Below are positions 1-10,365 of a stretch of 64,000 nt of DNA, in pieces. The notes under the pieces are model-generated. The model did not search any database. It had not been told where the DNA came from and worked only from the letters and a program-made list of their open reading frames with translations. Numbering within the stretch: position 1 is the stretch's first letter; each line of letters starts with the position of its first letter. Both the position numbers and the translations under genes were made by a program. The DNA comes from Nannocystis bainbridge (GTDB lineage Bacteria > Myxococcota_A > Polyangia > Nannocystales > Nannocystaceae), in NCBI RefSeq assembly GCF_028368995.1, contig NZ_JAQNDL010000003.1:864001-928000 (forward strand). Reading direction: 5' to 3'.

Positions 1-482
1 AGCGCCTCCTCGAGCGCCACGTTCGTCGTGTAGCCGTCGTAGCCGTGGCACATCACGTGGACCGCCGTCGCTGTCGGGTGCACGCGCGCCATCAGGTCGG
101 CGAAGCGCACGCCGACCCATTGCATGTCCATCTTCGACCACGACGTCACGCAATGGAAATCGCTGGTGTCGGTCGTCTGCGGCAGCGCCATGAAGGCCGC
201 CCAGTCGAGCGTCAGCGGCTGCTCGACCGCTCCGTCGACCACCAGCTGCCACCTGTCCTTCGGCACGACCGGCTTGCGGCCGAGGTCGAGCACTGGCCAC
301 TTTCGCGTCTCCGTCTGGCCGACCGGCAGCTTCGGCATCCCGTGGCGATTCGGCGGCCCCGAGCCTTGCGGGCGCGCGTCGGACAGCGCCGGCGAGTCGC
401 GCATCCGCTGCTCCCAGCGCTCCATCAGCTTGTGCCGCGCCTCGACGATCCGCCGCTCCTTCTCGTCCGCGTCCTCGCTCAT
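1..482 (-). CDS. Molybdopterin-dependent oxidoreductase (sulfite oxidase-like/MsrP family), 5' part; runs off the window
   Basis: Not in the ORF track. Manual translation from ATG at 482 gives MSEDADEKERRIVEARHKL...WPVLDLG...DFHCVTSWSKMDMQWVGVRFADL...HGYDGYTTNVALEEA, which contains the family's DFHCVTxWS motif. Confidence 0.85.
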   Translation of the reverse strand, partial: MSEDADEKERRIVEARHKLMERWEQRMRDSPALSDARPQGSGPPNRHGMPKLPVGQTETRKWPVLDLGRKPVVPKDRWQLVVDGAVEQPLTLDWAAFMALPQTTDTSDFHCVTSWSKMDMQWVGVRFADLMARVHPTATAVHVMCHGYDGYTTNVALEEA

Positions 483-728
483 CGCCGCCGATTGTACTCG
501 AGCCCGCCCGCGCCGCCGAGCGACCTCCCAGGCGCCGGCGCGACGCTCGTCCTGCGGCCCATGACCGCCCACGGACGCGGCGCGGCGGTGACCACGTCCT
601 CGCCCTGGGCCCGCCGCGTCCGCGACCTCGGCGAGGCTTCGTTGACGCGTGGTCCGCCGCGGCCGCGACCGTGCTCCACGGCTGCCGCCGGTCTTCGCCC
701 GCTCCGGCCCGGACAGCGCGCCCTCCTT

Positions 729-794
729 CCACATGCCCTCCCGGACATGCCCTTATAGACCTGTCGCAAGGGACATGCATCTTCAGACATGTCC
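729..794. repeat. 14-bp-period GGACATGTCC-like palindrome array (5 units)
   Basis: Cores CATG 732, CATG 746, CCTG 760, CATG 774, CATG 788; just downstream of the ligA stop. Confidence 0.85.
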
Positions 795-809
795 ATCACA
801 CCACCCCGC

Positions 810-2861
810 TCACTCGAGCGAGCCGACCATCGCCAGGAATTCCTCCTCGCTGAGGATCTTCAGCGGCGCCCCGGCGGCGATCAGCTCTTCGGCCTTCTTC
901 TGCTTGCTCGACTTGGCCCCGCGGCCGGCGCCGACCACCAGGAACGACAGCGCCTTCGTCACCCCGGACGGGTTCTCGCCGCCGAGGGCTTGCACGCGGG
1001 CTTGCGCGACCTCGCGGGTGAACGCCTCGAGCGTACCGGTGAACACGAAGCTCTTGCCGGACAGCGCCGCGCCCTCGACCGGGGCTGGCGCCGCCTCGCC
1101 GGGCAGCACCGTCACGAACTCGAGCAGCCCGTCGATCAGCTCCTTGCGGGCCGCGAGGCCGTGCACGATCGCATCGGCGATCGCGTCCTTGATCCCGCGG
1201 ACCGCCGTGAGGTCCGCCTGCGTCAGCTCGCGGATCCGCTCGAGCGTGCGGAACTCGCCCGCCAGCAGCAGCGCGTTCTGCCGGCCCAGGTGCTCGATCC
1301 CCAGCGCTTGCAGGAACACCGCCAGCGGCAGCTCCTTGTGCCCCTCGATCTGCTCGATCAGGTTCTGCGCGCTCTTCTCGCCCAGCCGCTCGAGCCCCTG
1401 CAGATCGACCGCGCGCAGGCGGTAGTAGTCCGCCGGCGTGCTCAGGAGCTCGGCGTCGACCGCTGCGCCGATCACCTTCGGCCCGAAGCCTTGCAGGTCG
1501 ACCACCTTCGCGAAGTGCTCGAGCTCGCCGAGGCGGGCCTGCACGCATTTCTTCGGCTCGGCGCACCACAGGTTCTCGCCGTCGCGCTTCTTGCGGCGCT
1601 CGATCGGCCCGCCGCAGGCCGGGCACTGCGTCGGCAGCTCGAACGGGCGCGACGCCGGGCCCGACTCGACCACGCGCTCGACGTTGGGGATCACCCCGCC
1701 GCGGCGGGTCACCTCGACGCGGCAGTTGTGAGTCAGCCCGAGCGCCTCGAAGATGTTGAGGTTGTGCAGGCTGGCGCGGCCGATCCGCGCCCCGCTGAGC
1801 TCCACCGGCTCGAGCATGGCCACCGGCGTGATCACCCCGGTGCGGCTGACCGACCAGAGCACGTCGAGCAGGTCGGTCACGCCCGAGTCGCCCTGGAACT
1901 TGTAGGCGATCGCGTAGCGCGGGTGATGCCCGGTGAGGCCGAGGCGGCGCTGCTCCTTGACCGACGCCGTGCGGTACACGACCCCGTCGATCTCGTAGTC
2001 GAGCTCGGGCCGGTTGCGGGCCCAGCGATCGTAGCTGGCCTGCAGCCCCTCGCGGTCGACGAACTCGTGGTCGATGCCGCCGAGCCCGAGCTTCTTCAGC
2101 AGCTCGAACTTGTCGCGCTCGCTGTCGAATTCGGGGCCGATGATGTCGTAGGCGAAGAAGCTCAGGTGCGCGTTGCGGGTGTTCTTGCGCTCCTTCTGCT
2201 TGATCGACCCGGCGGTCAGGTTGCGCGGGTTGGCGAAGTCGCCCTTGAACTTGGCGAAGTCGCTGAGCTTCATGTAGAGCTCGCCGCGGACCTCGAGCTC
2301 GACCCCGCCGGAGTCGACCGTGCGCGGGATGTCCTTCACCTCGAGCGCGTTCATCGTGATGTCCTCGCCCTCGGTGCCCGAGCCGCGGGTGGCCGCCATC
2401 ACCAGCTTGCCCTTCTTGTCGTAGCGCAGGCTGCAGGCCACGCCGTCCATCTTCGGCATCACCAGGATCTCGCTGCTGAACTTGCCGGCCCAGCTCTGCA
2501 GGTCGGTCTCGCTGTAGCACTTCTCGAGCGACAGCATCGGCCGCAGGTGGCGGACCGCCGCGCCGAACCGCTGCTCCGGCGCCAGCTGCAGCGCCTCGTC
2601 GGCGTCCATCGCCGGCGCCTCGGCCGCCTGCGGACCCATCTCGTCGAGCACCGCCGCGTCGGGCCGGACCCGCTTGAGCCGCTCGACCAGTTGGTCGTAC
2701 AGCGTGTCCGGCAGCGTCGCCGCGTGGTCGTCCCAGTACTCCTTGTTGGCCCGCCGCACCAGCGCCTCGAGCTCGTCGGCCGTGAACGAGGGCAGCCTGG
2801 CGTTCACCGCGGCGGCGTCGAGGGTCAGCAGGTCGGAGGCGGGGGTCGTCGAGGCGCTCAT
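810..2861 (-). CDS. ligA: NAD-dependent DNA ligase
   Basis: PMLSL, KMDG adenylation motif, TRGSGTEGEDIT, EVRGE, FANPRN, YEIDGVV, AIAYKF, CPACG zinc finger, HhH repeats, C-terminal BRCT (FVFTGTL); ATG at 2861 chosen as start. Confidence 0.97.
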   Translation of the reverse strand: MSASTTPASDLLTLDAAAVNARLPSFTADELEALVRRANKEYWDDHAATLPDTLYDQLVERLKRVRPDAAVLDEMGPQAAEAPAMDADEALQLAPEQRFGAAVRHLRPMLSLEKCYSETDLQSWAGKFSSEILVMPKMDGVACSLRYDKKGKLVMAATRGSGTEGEDITMNALEVKDIPRTVDSGGVELEVRGELYMKLSDFAKFKGDFANPRNLTAGSIKQKERKNTRNAHLSFFAYDIIGPEFDSERDKFELLKKLGLGGIDHEFVDREGLQASYDRWARNRPELDYEIDGVVYRTASVKEQRRLGLTGHHPRYAIAYKFQGDSGVTDLLDVLWSVSRTGVITPVAMLEPVELSGARIGRASLHNLNIFEALGLTHNCRVEVTRRGGVIPNVERVVESGPASRPFELPTQCPACGGPIERRKKRDGENLWCAEPKKCVQARLGELEHFAKVVDLQGFGPKVIGAAVDAELLSTPADYYRLRAVDLQGLERLGEKSAQNLIEQIEGHKELPLAVFLQALGIEHLGRQNALLLAGEFRTLERIRELTQADLTAVRGIKDAIADAIVHGLAARKELIDGLLEFVTVLPGEAAPAPVEGAALSGKSFVFTGTLEAFTREVAQARVQALGGENPSGVTKALSFLVVGAGRGAKSSKQKKAEELIAAGAPLKILSEEEFLAMVGSLE

Positions 2862-3424
2862 GAGGGGCCGCGATGTTAACAAAACCGCGCCCGCACGTCC
2901 CCGGCTCGCTTTCGCGCGCACATGCGCGCGACGGGCCCTGCGAGGCCGCAGCGACCTGCGGGCGCGACGTGCGAACCCACGCCGCGAGGTCGATCCCTCG
3001 TGACCTCCGCGCCCGCGACCTGCCGCGGCGGCACGGCGACCGCTCGCGCCCCGGCCGACCCCGCCTCACCTCTCCCGTAGCGATGCGACCGGTACCGCGG
3101 CGATCCGTGAATCCTGGAACAGCCTTCCTTGTGATGCCGCGTACGATCCTCGTCGATGGCGTGCGCGTCACTCGGCGCCGCGACCTCGCACCTCCGTCAC
3201 ACGGGGTCGCGTTCATTGTCGCCAGCTCGAATGCCAATGTCTTGACTCCGCGTGACGGCGACGACAGCCAACGTGCGACCGCGGGTGCTCGCTCGGTCCA
3301 CGCGGTCGGCGGATCATGACAGCCGTGTCGTGCGGCCGCGCGCCGTCGCCCGCCGCGGCGCCGTGAAACCGCCCCGCAGCCCGTTTGGAGCCGTGGCACG
3401 CCTCTTGAAGAGCTCGGGGAACCT

Positions 3425-4759
3425 ATGACTTTCGCCGCCTGTCGTCCCCTTCGTCTCGCGCTTCTCACCCTTCCGCTCATGACCCTGGCTGTCGGCTGCG
3501 GCGATGATGCTCCGAGCGACGAAGGCAGCAGTGCCACGAATGCGTCCTCGCCCGTCGGCACTGAAGGCGGGAGCGGCGGCGAAGAGCCCGGGGACGGTTG
3601 GGGCACCGACGCGCCGGGCGACTCGGGCGGCGCCAGCACTTCCGGCGGCGATCCGGGCGGCGGCGGCACCGACAGCGGGCCCGACTCGGGCGGCGGTAGT
3701 GACACCGACACCGGCGGCGAGGAGCCGATCGATCCGGGCCAGTTGACGGCCGGCGAATGGCGGGACCTCGATCACTGGGACTTCTGGATCGGTCTGCTCG
3801 GCAATGACATGTGGTCGCCGATGCAAAACCTGTGGAAGCTCTACACCAGCCAGCGCTTCGCCGTGGTCGCGCTCTCCGAGCAGGCCCCGGTGGTCGACGC
3901 CGAGGTCGTCCTGCTCGGCGGCGATCAGAAGCCGCTGTGGAGCGCGCGCACCGACGTCCGCGGCCGCGCCGAGCTGTTCAACGGCCTCGTCGGCGCCGCG
4001 GGCGAGGGCCCGTTCACGATCGAGGTCAGCTCCGGCGAATCGTCCGTCACCCTCGCCGACGTCCAGCCGTTCGCCGGCGACCCCGCGATCGCCAACCTCG
4101 ACGCCGCCGAGGCGCCGGCCAAGGTGCTCGATCTGCTGTTCATGATCGACACCACCGGCTCGATGGGCGACGAGCTCGAGTACCTGCAGGTCGAGCTCGC
4201 CGACGTGATCTCGGAGATCCGCGACAACATCGGCCAGTCGTTCAAGCTCCGCCTCAGCGTCAACTTCTACCGCGACCACGACGACGAGTACGTGGTGCGC
4301 GAGTTCCCGTTCACCGAGGACATCGACGCCGCCCTGGCCGACCTCGCCGCGCAGAACTACGACGGCGGCGGCGACTTCCCCGAGGCCGTCAGCGAGGCGC
4401 TCGACGCGACGATCCACAACGCGCAGTGGAGCGCCTCGGCGGTGTCGCGCCTGGCCTTCCTGGTCCTCGACGCCCCGCCCCACGAGGGCGCGCAGGACCT
4501 GGCGCGGATCCAGGAGAGCGTCGTCGACGCGGCCGCCGCGGGCGTGCGCATCATCCCGGTCGCCAGCTCGGGCATCGACAAGAACACCGAGTTCTTCCTC
4601 CGCTTCATCGACATCGCCACCGGCGGCACCTACGTGTTCCTCACCGGCCACAGCGGCATCGGCGGCGAGCACATCGAGCCGACCATCGGTGAGTACCAGG
4701 TCGAGCTGCTCAACAGGCTGCTGGTCCGCCTCATCACCCAGTCGGTCCAGGTCGACTGA
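3425..4759 (+). CDS. VWA-domain lipoprotein
   Basis: Lipobox AVGC, Gly/Ser linker, MIDAS motif DLLFMIDTTGSMGDE, GGGDFPEAV, LVLDAPPH. Confidence 0.88.
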   Translation: MTFAACRPLRLALLTLPLMTLAVGCGDDAPSDEGSSATNASSPVGTEGGSGGEEPGDGWGTDAPGDSGGASTSGGDPGGGGTDSGPDSGGGSDTDTGGEEPIDPGQLTAGEWRDLDHWDFWIGLLGNDMWSPMQNLWKLYTSQRFAVVALSEQAPVVDAEVVLLGGDQKPLWSARTDVRGRAELFNGLVGAAGEGPFTIEVSSGESSVTLADVQPFAGDPAIANLDAAEAPAKVLDLLFMIDTTGSMGDELEYLQVELADVISEIRDNIGQSFKLRLSVNFYRDHDDEYVVREFPFTEDIDAALADLAAQNYDGGGDFPEAVSEALDATIHNAQWSASAVSRLAFLVLDAPPHEGAQDLARIQESVVDAAAAGVRIIPVASSGIDKNTEFFLRFIDIATGGTYVFLTGHSGIGGEHIEPTIGEYQVELLNRLLVRLITQSVQVD

Positions 4760-4916
4760 TCTGCCGCCTTTGCCCACGAGCACGCGCCATTTCGGCGCGT
4801 GCTCGCGTGCTCTTGCGATCCGCCGATCCTCGCCGAACGACGTACGCTCGCATCTTCGCCGCTTCGCCACGACGCGACCTCGTGCGGAAGTGCGGCCTGT
4901 GCCATCCTGGCGCTCG

Positions 4917-7900
4917 ATGCCGTCCTCGCCCCGCCTCGCCGCGCTCGCGGTCCTCTCGGCCGCCCTCGTCGGCTCGGCCTGCGACCGCGCCGGTGATTCT
5001 GCGCCCCGCGACGGCGCGCCCGCCGAGGCCCCGGCGACGGACCCGTGGACGCTGACGGCCCTCGAGTCGCTCGGCGAGCGCGCCGCCCTCGTCGCCGTGA
5101 TCCGGCAAGACACATGGCCGGCGACCGCCGCTCGCCTGGCCCCGCTCCTGCCGCGCAGCGACGCCCAGAGGCCCGCGCGCGCCGCCCTGCTGCTGGCCGG
5201 CCAGCCATCTGTCTTTTTGCACATGCTCTTCGGGACAGCCTCGTCCGCCGCGCCGCCGCTGCCCGGCCTCGACCCGGCGCGCCCGCTGGTGCTCGCGCTC
5301 GACGAGCCGGCCCTCGCCGCGCCGGCCGGCCTGCTCGCCGCCGAGCTGGCGCGGCGACCCGGCGCGCTGCCCGGGTTGCGGCACGAGCTCGTGCTCCCGG
5401 CCCTCGATCCCGCCGGCCTCGCCGACGCGCTCGCGCAGTGGTTCGACGGCCGCGGGCGGCAAGATCCGGCCCTGGCCGCCGGGACCGCGGGCGCGCGAGC
5501 GTGGGTGCTCGGCTCCGGCGATCTCGCGGCCGTCGTGCCCACCGCCGACGCCGTGCGCATCGTCGCGCTGCAGCACGCGCTCGCGCCGGCGGGCACGCCG
5601 ATCGAGGCCGTCCCGTCCGCGCTGCGCGGCGAGCTGCTGCGGGCGAGTCCATCCCCCGCGGCGCGCACCGCTGGCCTCGCGCAGGCAGCCGCCAGCGGCG
5701 AGCCGCTGGCCGTGCTGCTGCGCCCGCGCGTGCTGCCAGCGCTGCTGCAGTGGCAGCGCGCCCGCGCCGACGTCGACGCGCTCGCGCAGGTCAGCCACGT
5801 CGAGGCTGGCCAGCGGCGCCGCGCCGCCCTGGCCGGCCTGCTGAGCTGCGAGCGAGCGCTCGGCGACGGCGCCGTCGACCTCGAGGACTGGCTGTTCACC
5901 GCGACCGCCGATCCGCACGGCCTGCGCCTGCGCGCCTCGGCCGATCTCACCGCCACCGGCGCGCAGGCCCTCGCCGAGCCGCCGGTGGCCCGCGAACCAC
6001 TGGCAATGCGCGGCCCCGCGGTCGCCAGCGTCGCGGTGCGGCTGACCCTCGCCGATCCGCCCGACCCGATCGCCGGGCGACCGATCGACGCCGCGACCGC
6101 GCTGCTCGATTGCCAGGATGTCCTTCCGTACATGGTCTTCGGGACACCTCTCTCGGCGCTGCAGGGCCCGCGCATCCACATCCCCGCGGCGTTCACCGCC
6201 CAGCTCGCGCTCGCCGGCGCCGCCGACGACCTGCGCGGCGCGATCGCCCTCGACCTCGCCGCCGCCGCCGACACCTCGCTGCTGCAGGAATTCGGCCGCC
6301 CCGCCATCACCAACCTCGGCCACGAATTCACGCTGCAGGCCGAGCTCGCCGGCGATCGTCAGCGCGTGTTCGTCGGCGTCGGCGCCGACCCGCGCGTCGT
6401 GTTCGCCGACACCACCGAACCGTCGGGCCTCGTCGCCGCGCGCCTCGATCTGTCCGTGCTCGCGCCCCTGCTCCGCCCCTTCGTCCCCGAGGCGTTGCTG
6501 GGCCATCGCCGCGCCGCCTTCGACCTCGCGCGCGACGGCTCGCGGTTGCGCGGCGAGCTCGTGTTCGACGACGGCGAGGCGATCGCCGCGACCCGACCCG
6601 AGCCCGCGACTCGCGGCGAACCGACCCCTGCTCCCGCGCCGCCCTCGCCCGGCCTCGTCTGCGCCCGTGCCTTCACGTCTCAGGCGATCGACGCCCTCGA
6701 CAAGGCTCGACTGCCCGCCGCCGTGCCCACCGGCCAATCGCTCGACCTCCTGCTCGCCGCCGGCGAATCATCGCTGACCTGCGTCGCGGCCGATCCCACC
6801 ACCGCCGCGCACGCCCCCGCCCTGCGGCGCATGCTGCCGCTCGCCCTCGCCGACCTGCTCGCCGACGCCCTGCGCCCGTCCGAGGCCGCGCGCGTGCTCG
6901 CGGGCCCGTGCGAGGCCGGCGATCCGCTCGCGTGCAGCCGCCGCGCCGAGCTCGCCCAGCTGCCCGACGTCACCTTGCCCGGGCTGCACTCCAACTGCCC
7001 CGATCACCACGCACGCCACGCCTACCGCCTCGTGCTCGCCGGCGATCGCATGGCCCTCGACGACCGCATCGTCGATCTCGCCGCCTTGCAACAACAGCTC
7101 GCCGCCCTGGCCGACGAGCGCGACCCCAGCCTCGAACTGGCGATCGACGCCACCACCCCGTTCGCGGCCGTGCGCCCGCTGCTGGCCGCGCTGGCGCAGC
7201 GCCCCGAGATCCGCCTCGGCATCGTCGCCAGCCACGACCGCGAGACCGCTCCGCTCTACCGCATCCCGACCGTCACCCCGCAGATCGCCGCCAGCTCGCC
7301 GACCGCCTCGCAGCTGTCGCGCATGCCCGCCCACCAGCGCGTCGGCGCCCTCGTGCTCGCTGCCGACGGCGCCACGCTGCGCATGCGCACCGGCACGACC
7401 GCGCTCGGCAGCTACCCCTATTTGCACGCGACCACCATCGAGGCCGACGCGCGCGAGCGGCCCGACAACGGCTTGCCGCCCATGGTCGTCGCCACCGACA
7501 CCACCCCGTGGTCGACCGTCGCCGTGGCCCTCGCCGGCACCTGCAGGCCGCACGTGCTCGTCGACGCCGCCGACATGCAAGCCCAGCTCGGCCCGCCCGA
7601 TCGCACCGTCTCGATCCTTTGGGACCCGCACGGGCCCAAGCCGCTGTCGGTCGTGCCCAAATCGCGCGGCCCCAACAACATCAATTCCGGCCTATTCAGC
7701 GCCAAGCCCCGCGTCGAATACTGCTACGCCCGCGCCCTCGCCGACCGGCCCGAGCTCGCCGGCGCGGTCGTCGTCGACCTCGCGGTCTCGGCCGCGGGCG
7801 CGCTCGATTCGGTCAAGATCGTCTCCTCACGGCTGGCCCACCCGGAGGTCGAGCGCTGCATCATCGACGCGCTGGTCCGCCACACCTCATGGTCCGGGGC

Positions 7901-7946
7901 CGACGCGGACGTGGTGATCCGCTGGCAGTTCGCGTTCGGCCGGTGA
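4917..7946 (+). CDS. Large lipoprotein with ExbD/TolR-like segment(s) and a C-terminal AgmX/PglI (TonB-C-like) domain
   Basis: MPSSPRLAALAVLSAALVGSAC lipobox; C-terminus YCYARALADRPELAGAVVVDLAVSAAG...VERCII typical of AgmX/PglI; internal LELAIDATTPFAAVRPLLAAL resembles ExbD. Confidence 0.7.
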   Translation: MPSSPRLAALAVLSAALVGSACDRAGDSAPRDGAPAEAPATDPWTLTALESLGERAALVAVIRQDTWPATAARLAPLLPRSDAQRPARAALLLAGQPSVFLHMLFGTASSAAPPLPGLDPARPLVLALDEPALAAPAGLLAAELARRPGALPGLRHELVLPALDPAGLADALAQWFDGRGRQDPALAAGTAGARAWVLGSGDLAAVVPTADAVRIVALQHALAPAGTPIEAVPSALRGELLRASPSPAARTAGLAQAAASGEPLAVLLRPRVLPALLQWQRARADVDALAQVSHVEAGQRRRAALAGLLSCERALGDGAVDLEDWLFTATADPHGLRLRASADLTATGAQALAEPPVAREPLAMRGPAVASVAVRLTLADPPDPIAGRPIDAATALLDCQDVLPYMVFGTPLSALQGPRIHIPAAFTAQLALAGAADDLRGAIALDLAAAADTSLLQEFGRPAITNLGHEFTLQAELAGDRQRVFVGVGADPRVVFADTTEPSGLVAARLDLSVLAPLLRPFVPEALLGHRRAAFDLARDGSRLRGELVFDDGEAIAATRPEPATRGEPTPAPAPPSPGLVCARAFTSQAIDALDKARLPAAVPTGQSLDLLLAAGESSLTCVAADPTTAAHAPALRRMLPLALADLLADALRPSEAARVLAGPCEAGDPLACSRRAELAQLPDVTLPGLHSNCPDHHARHAYRLVLAGDRMALDDRIVDLAALQQQLAALADERDPSLELAIDATTPFAAVRPLLAALAQRPEIRLGIVASHDRETAPLYRIPTVTPQIAASSPTASQLSRMPAHQRVGALVLAADGATLRMRTGTTALGSYPYLHATTIEADARERPDNGLPPMVVATDTTPWSTVAVALAGTCRPHVLVDAADMQAQLGPPDRTVSILWDPHGPKPLSVVPKSRGPNNINSGLFSAKPRVEYCYARALADRPELAGAVVVDLAVSAAGALDSVKIVSSRLAHPEVERCIIDALVRHTSWSGADADVVIRWQFAFGR

Positions 7947-7967
7947 CATGACCCGAAGGACATGTCT
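7944..7967. repeat. 14-bp-period CATG array (2 units)
   Basis: CATG at 7947 and 7961, between convergent genes. Confidence 0.6.
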
Positions 7968-7997
7968 GGCGACTCTCGCCCTGGCCCGGCGCCGGCG

Positions 7998-9002
7998 CTA
8001 CCCCGAAGCAGGCAGGCGCTCCGGGTCGCACGCAGCGATCGCCGCCGACCAGGCGCGCAGCAGCGCGGCCTCGGAGAAGCGCCAGCCCCTGGGCTCGCTC
8101 TCGCGGCCCATCACGACGCCGATCGCACGAGCCTCGGCGAGCGGCATGCGCGAGAGCTCGTAGACGTCGAAGCCCGTCGGATAGGTGGTCGAGGCCGGGC
8201 TCTCGACGAGCTCGACGTCCTTGCCCCGCCGCAACAGCCCCCAGGACGAAATCACCCGGTTCTCGCGCTGCGACAACAGCAGGTCGTAGCGGAGGGCGAG
8301 CCCCTCGTTGCCCACGGGGAGCCGCTCGAGGGCGATGGCTCGCAGCAGATCGATGGCAGCGAGGGGCAGCGCGATCGCGTGCCCGTCGACCACCGCATGC
8401 AGCGCCACGCCCTCGTCCCCGGCGGTCAGGTGGAGCTCGAGGTGCTCGACCTCGCGGCGCGTCGGGACCTCGCTCGCCGTCCACTCCCAGGAGGTGTCCA
8501 TCGAGACCGGTGGGCCCGCGAAGCGGACGCCGGACCAGCGATCGAGGCTGCGGCGCACGCGATCGTCGGCGAGCTCGCCGACGCCGACCTCGTCGTCACC
8601 GCCGACCCGCCACAGCGCGCCGAGGCGCACCTCCACGTCGAAGACGCACTCGTCGACCACCACGCCCACCGGGGCACCGCAACGGCAGTGGAGGTTGGCG
8701 CTCCCGTCCTCGGAGTAGACGCCGCAGCACCCGCCGCCGCTGGTCTCCACCTGGGGGGCGACGAGATCGTGGGGATGGATCGAGACGGGGAACGGGTCCG
8801 TCGGTACGCCCTGCGACAGCTCCCCCGGCTCCGCCCGGCGCCAGAAGCCCTGGGTCGCCTGGATCCCCTGACGACGGATCGCAGGCGGCGGGGCGAACAG
8901 CCGCGGATCGGGGACTGCGCGCAGCGGCGTCGTCAACGACGCCTCACACGCGGGGCAGACCAGGACAGCGCGCCCCGATGGTTCATCTCTGGTCGTGCCC
9001 AT
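7998..9002 (-). CDS. Hypothetical protein with Cys motifs (probably Zn-binding)
   Basis: CPAC...GGCCG...NLHCRCG...DEC; normal codon usage for this genome. Confidence 0.7.
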   Translation of the reverse strand: MGTTRDEPSGRAVLVCPACEASLTTPLRAVPDPRLFAPPPAIRRQGIQATQGFWRRAEPGELSQGVPTDPFPVSIHPHDLVAPQVETSGGGCCGVYSEDGSANLHCRCGAPVGVVVDECVFDVEVRLGALWRVGGDDEVGVGELADDRVRRSLDRWSGVRFAGPPVSMDTSWEWTASEVPTRREVEHLELHLTAGDEGVALHAVVDGHAIALPLAAIDLLRAIALERLPVGNEGLALRYDLLLSQRENRVISSWGLLRRGKDVELVESPASTTYPTGFDVYELSRMPLAEARAIGVVMGRESEPRGWRFSEAALLRAWSAAIAACDPERLPASG

Positions 9003-9071
9003 TCGTGGGCGCCGAGTGTAGAGCAGCCCGGTCGGCGAAGCGACCGCGCGCGCGACGATTCACGGCCTGCT

Positions 9072-9788
9072 TCAATCCGCGCACAGGCCCGCGACCGTGC
9101 GCGCGTGCGGCGAATCCGGGAATGTTCGCACCAGCTCGGCCGCCGTCGCCCGGGCCGCGTCGCGCTGACCGAGCTCGCACTGGGCCTGCGCGCGCAGCAG
9201 CATGCGCTCCTCGACCAGGTGGCCCGAGGGGAACCCGCGCGCGTGCTGCTCCAACGCCGTGAGCGCCGCGGCCGGGTCCTTGCGCCCGAGCGCCGCGCGA
9301 GCGGTCCGCAGCAGCGCCAGCTCGGCGTCCAGCGCCGGCATGTCCTTCGGGACATCCGCCGCGCGCGGGCTCGCCGGCCGCGGTCGAGACTCCGGCGCCG
9401 GCTCGAGCGCCGCCGGCTCCGTCACGGTCGCCGGCGCTTCGTCGCCCCTCGGCCGCGGCTCGCCCTGCACGTTCGTCGCCTCCGCGCCGGTGCCCGTGGC
9501 CGCCGCGTCGTGAGCCGCCTGGCTGTGCGGATCGCCGGCGGCCCGCTGCGCCAGGCGCTCGCGCGCCCCGACGATCAAGATCAGCACCGCGGCCGCGACC
9601 AGCACGGCGCCCCACACCAGGTCGCGCCGCCGCCCCGACGGCGCCGCCTGCGGGGCCACTTCCTCGTCGGCGATCGCCGCCTGCAAACGGACCCACGCGT
9701 CGGCGCGGGCGCCCGTGGGCATGCGCTCGCGCCGGTAAGCAGCGACGAGGTCGCGGCACTTCTCCTCATCAAGATTCTGCGGATCCAT
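9072..9788 (-). CDS. Putative membrane-anchored anti-sigma factor with C-terminal TPR-like domain
   Basis: Overlaps the 3' end of the ECF sigma; one TM helix, Pro-rich linker, ELALLRTARAAL...HARGFPSGHLVEER motif. Confidence 0.75.
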   Translation of the reverse strand: MDPQNLDEEKCRDLVAAYRRERMPTGARADAWVRLQAAIADEEVAPQAAPSGRRRDLVWGAVLVAAAVLILIVGARERLAQRAAGDPHSQAAHDAAATGTGAEATNVQGEPRPRGDEAPATVTEPAALEPAPESRPRPASPRAADVPKDMPALDAELALLRTARAALGRKDPAAALTALEQHARGFPSGHLVEERMLLRAQAQCELGQRDAARATAAELVRTFPDSPHARTVAGLCAD

Positions 9789-10320
9789 CGCGACCTCCGG
9801 CGACGAAGCTGGCGAATCGCCGGCGCGCGCTGTTGAGACGGGAATAGAGGGTGTTGAGGTTGACGCCGAGCTGTTCGGCGATCTCGGGCACTCGCAGGCC
9901 CTCGAGCTCGGCGAGCATGAACACCAGGCGGTGCTCCTCGGGCAAGGTGGCGAGGAAGCGATCGATGAGCGCCCGCGCCTCCTGGACCGCGATCACGTCG
10001 TCGGGCGTCGGCCCGCCGCTGGGCTCGGGCGCGACGGTCAGCCGGCGCAGGTGGCGGGCGTGGCTGCGCCGGTGGTGCAGCACCACGTTGCGGGTGATCC
10101 CGAACAGCCACGACGGCAGGCTCGCGCGCCCGTCGTAGTCGCCGAGCCGGCGGTGCACGACCAGGAAGACCTCATGGAACGCGTCGTCGCGGCCGGCCCC
10201 CTCGACCCCGAAGTTACGGAGCAGCCGCCACACGAAGTCCGCGTGGTCGCGATAGACCTGCTCGAGCGTCGGCGTCGCGCTCGGTCGGGGGCTCGTGTCG
10301 TGGGCGCCGGTCTGCTTCAC
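9769..10320 (-). CDS. ECF RNA polymerase sigma-70 factor
   Basis: Region 2 (VYRDHADFVWR...DAFHEVFLVV...SWLFGI) and region 4 (LPEEHRLVFML...EIAEQLGVNLNTLYSRL). Confidence 0.93.
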   Translation of the reverse strand: MKQTGAHDTSPRPSATPTLEQVYRDHADFVWRLLRNFGVEGAGRDDAFHEVFLVVHRRLGDYDGRASLPSWLFGITRNVVLHHRRSHARHLRRLTVAPEPSGGPTPDDVIAVQEARALIDRFLATLPEEHRLVFMLAELEGLRVPEIAEQLGVNLNTLYSRLNSARRRFASFVAGGRDGSAES

Positions 10321-10365
10321 GTCGGACCTGCTGATGATTTCCCGGCTCGCCGCAGATCCGTGAGC

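Noticed and set aside
2862-3424. Small gene or ncRNA between ligA and the VWA lipoprotein
   Set aside because: No convincing ORF or recognisable RNA motif by eye
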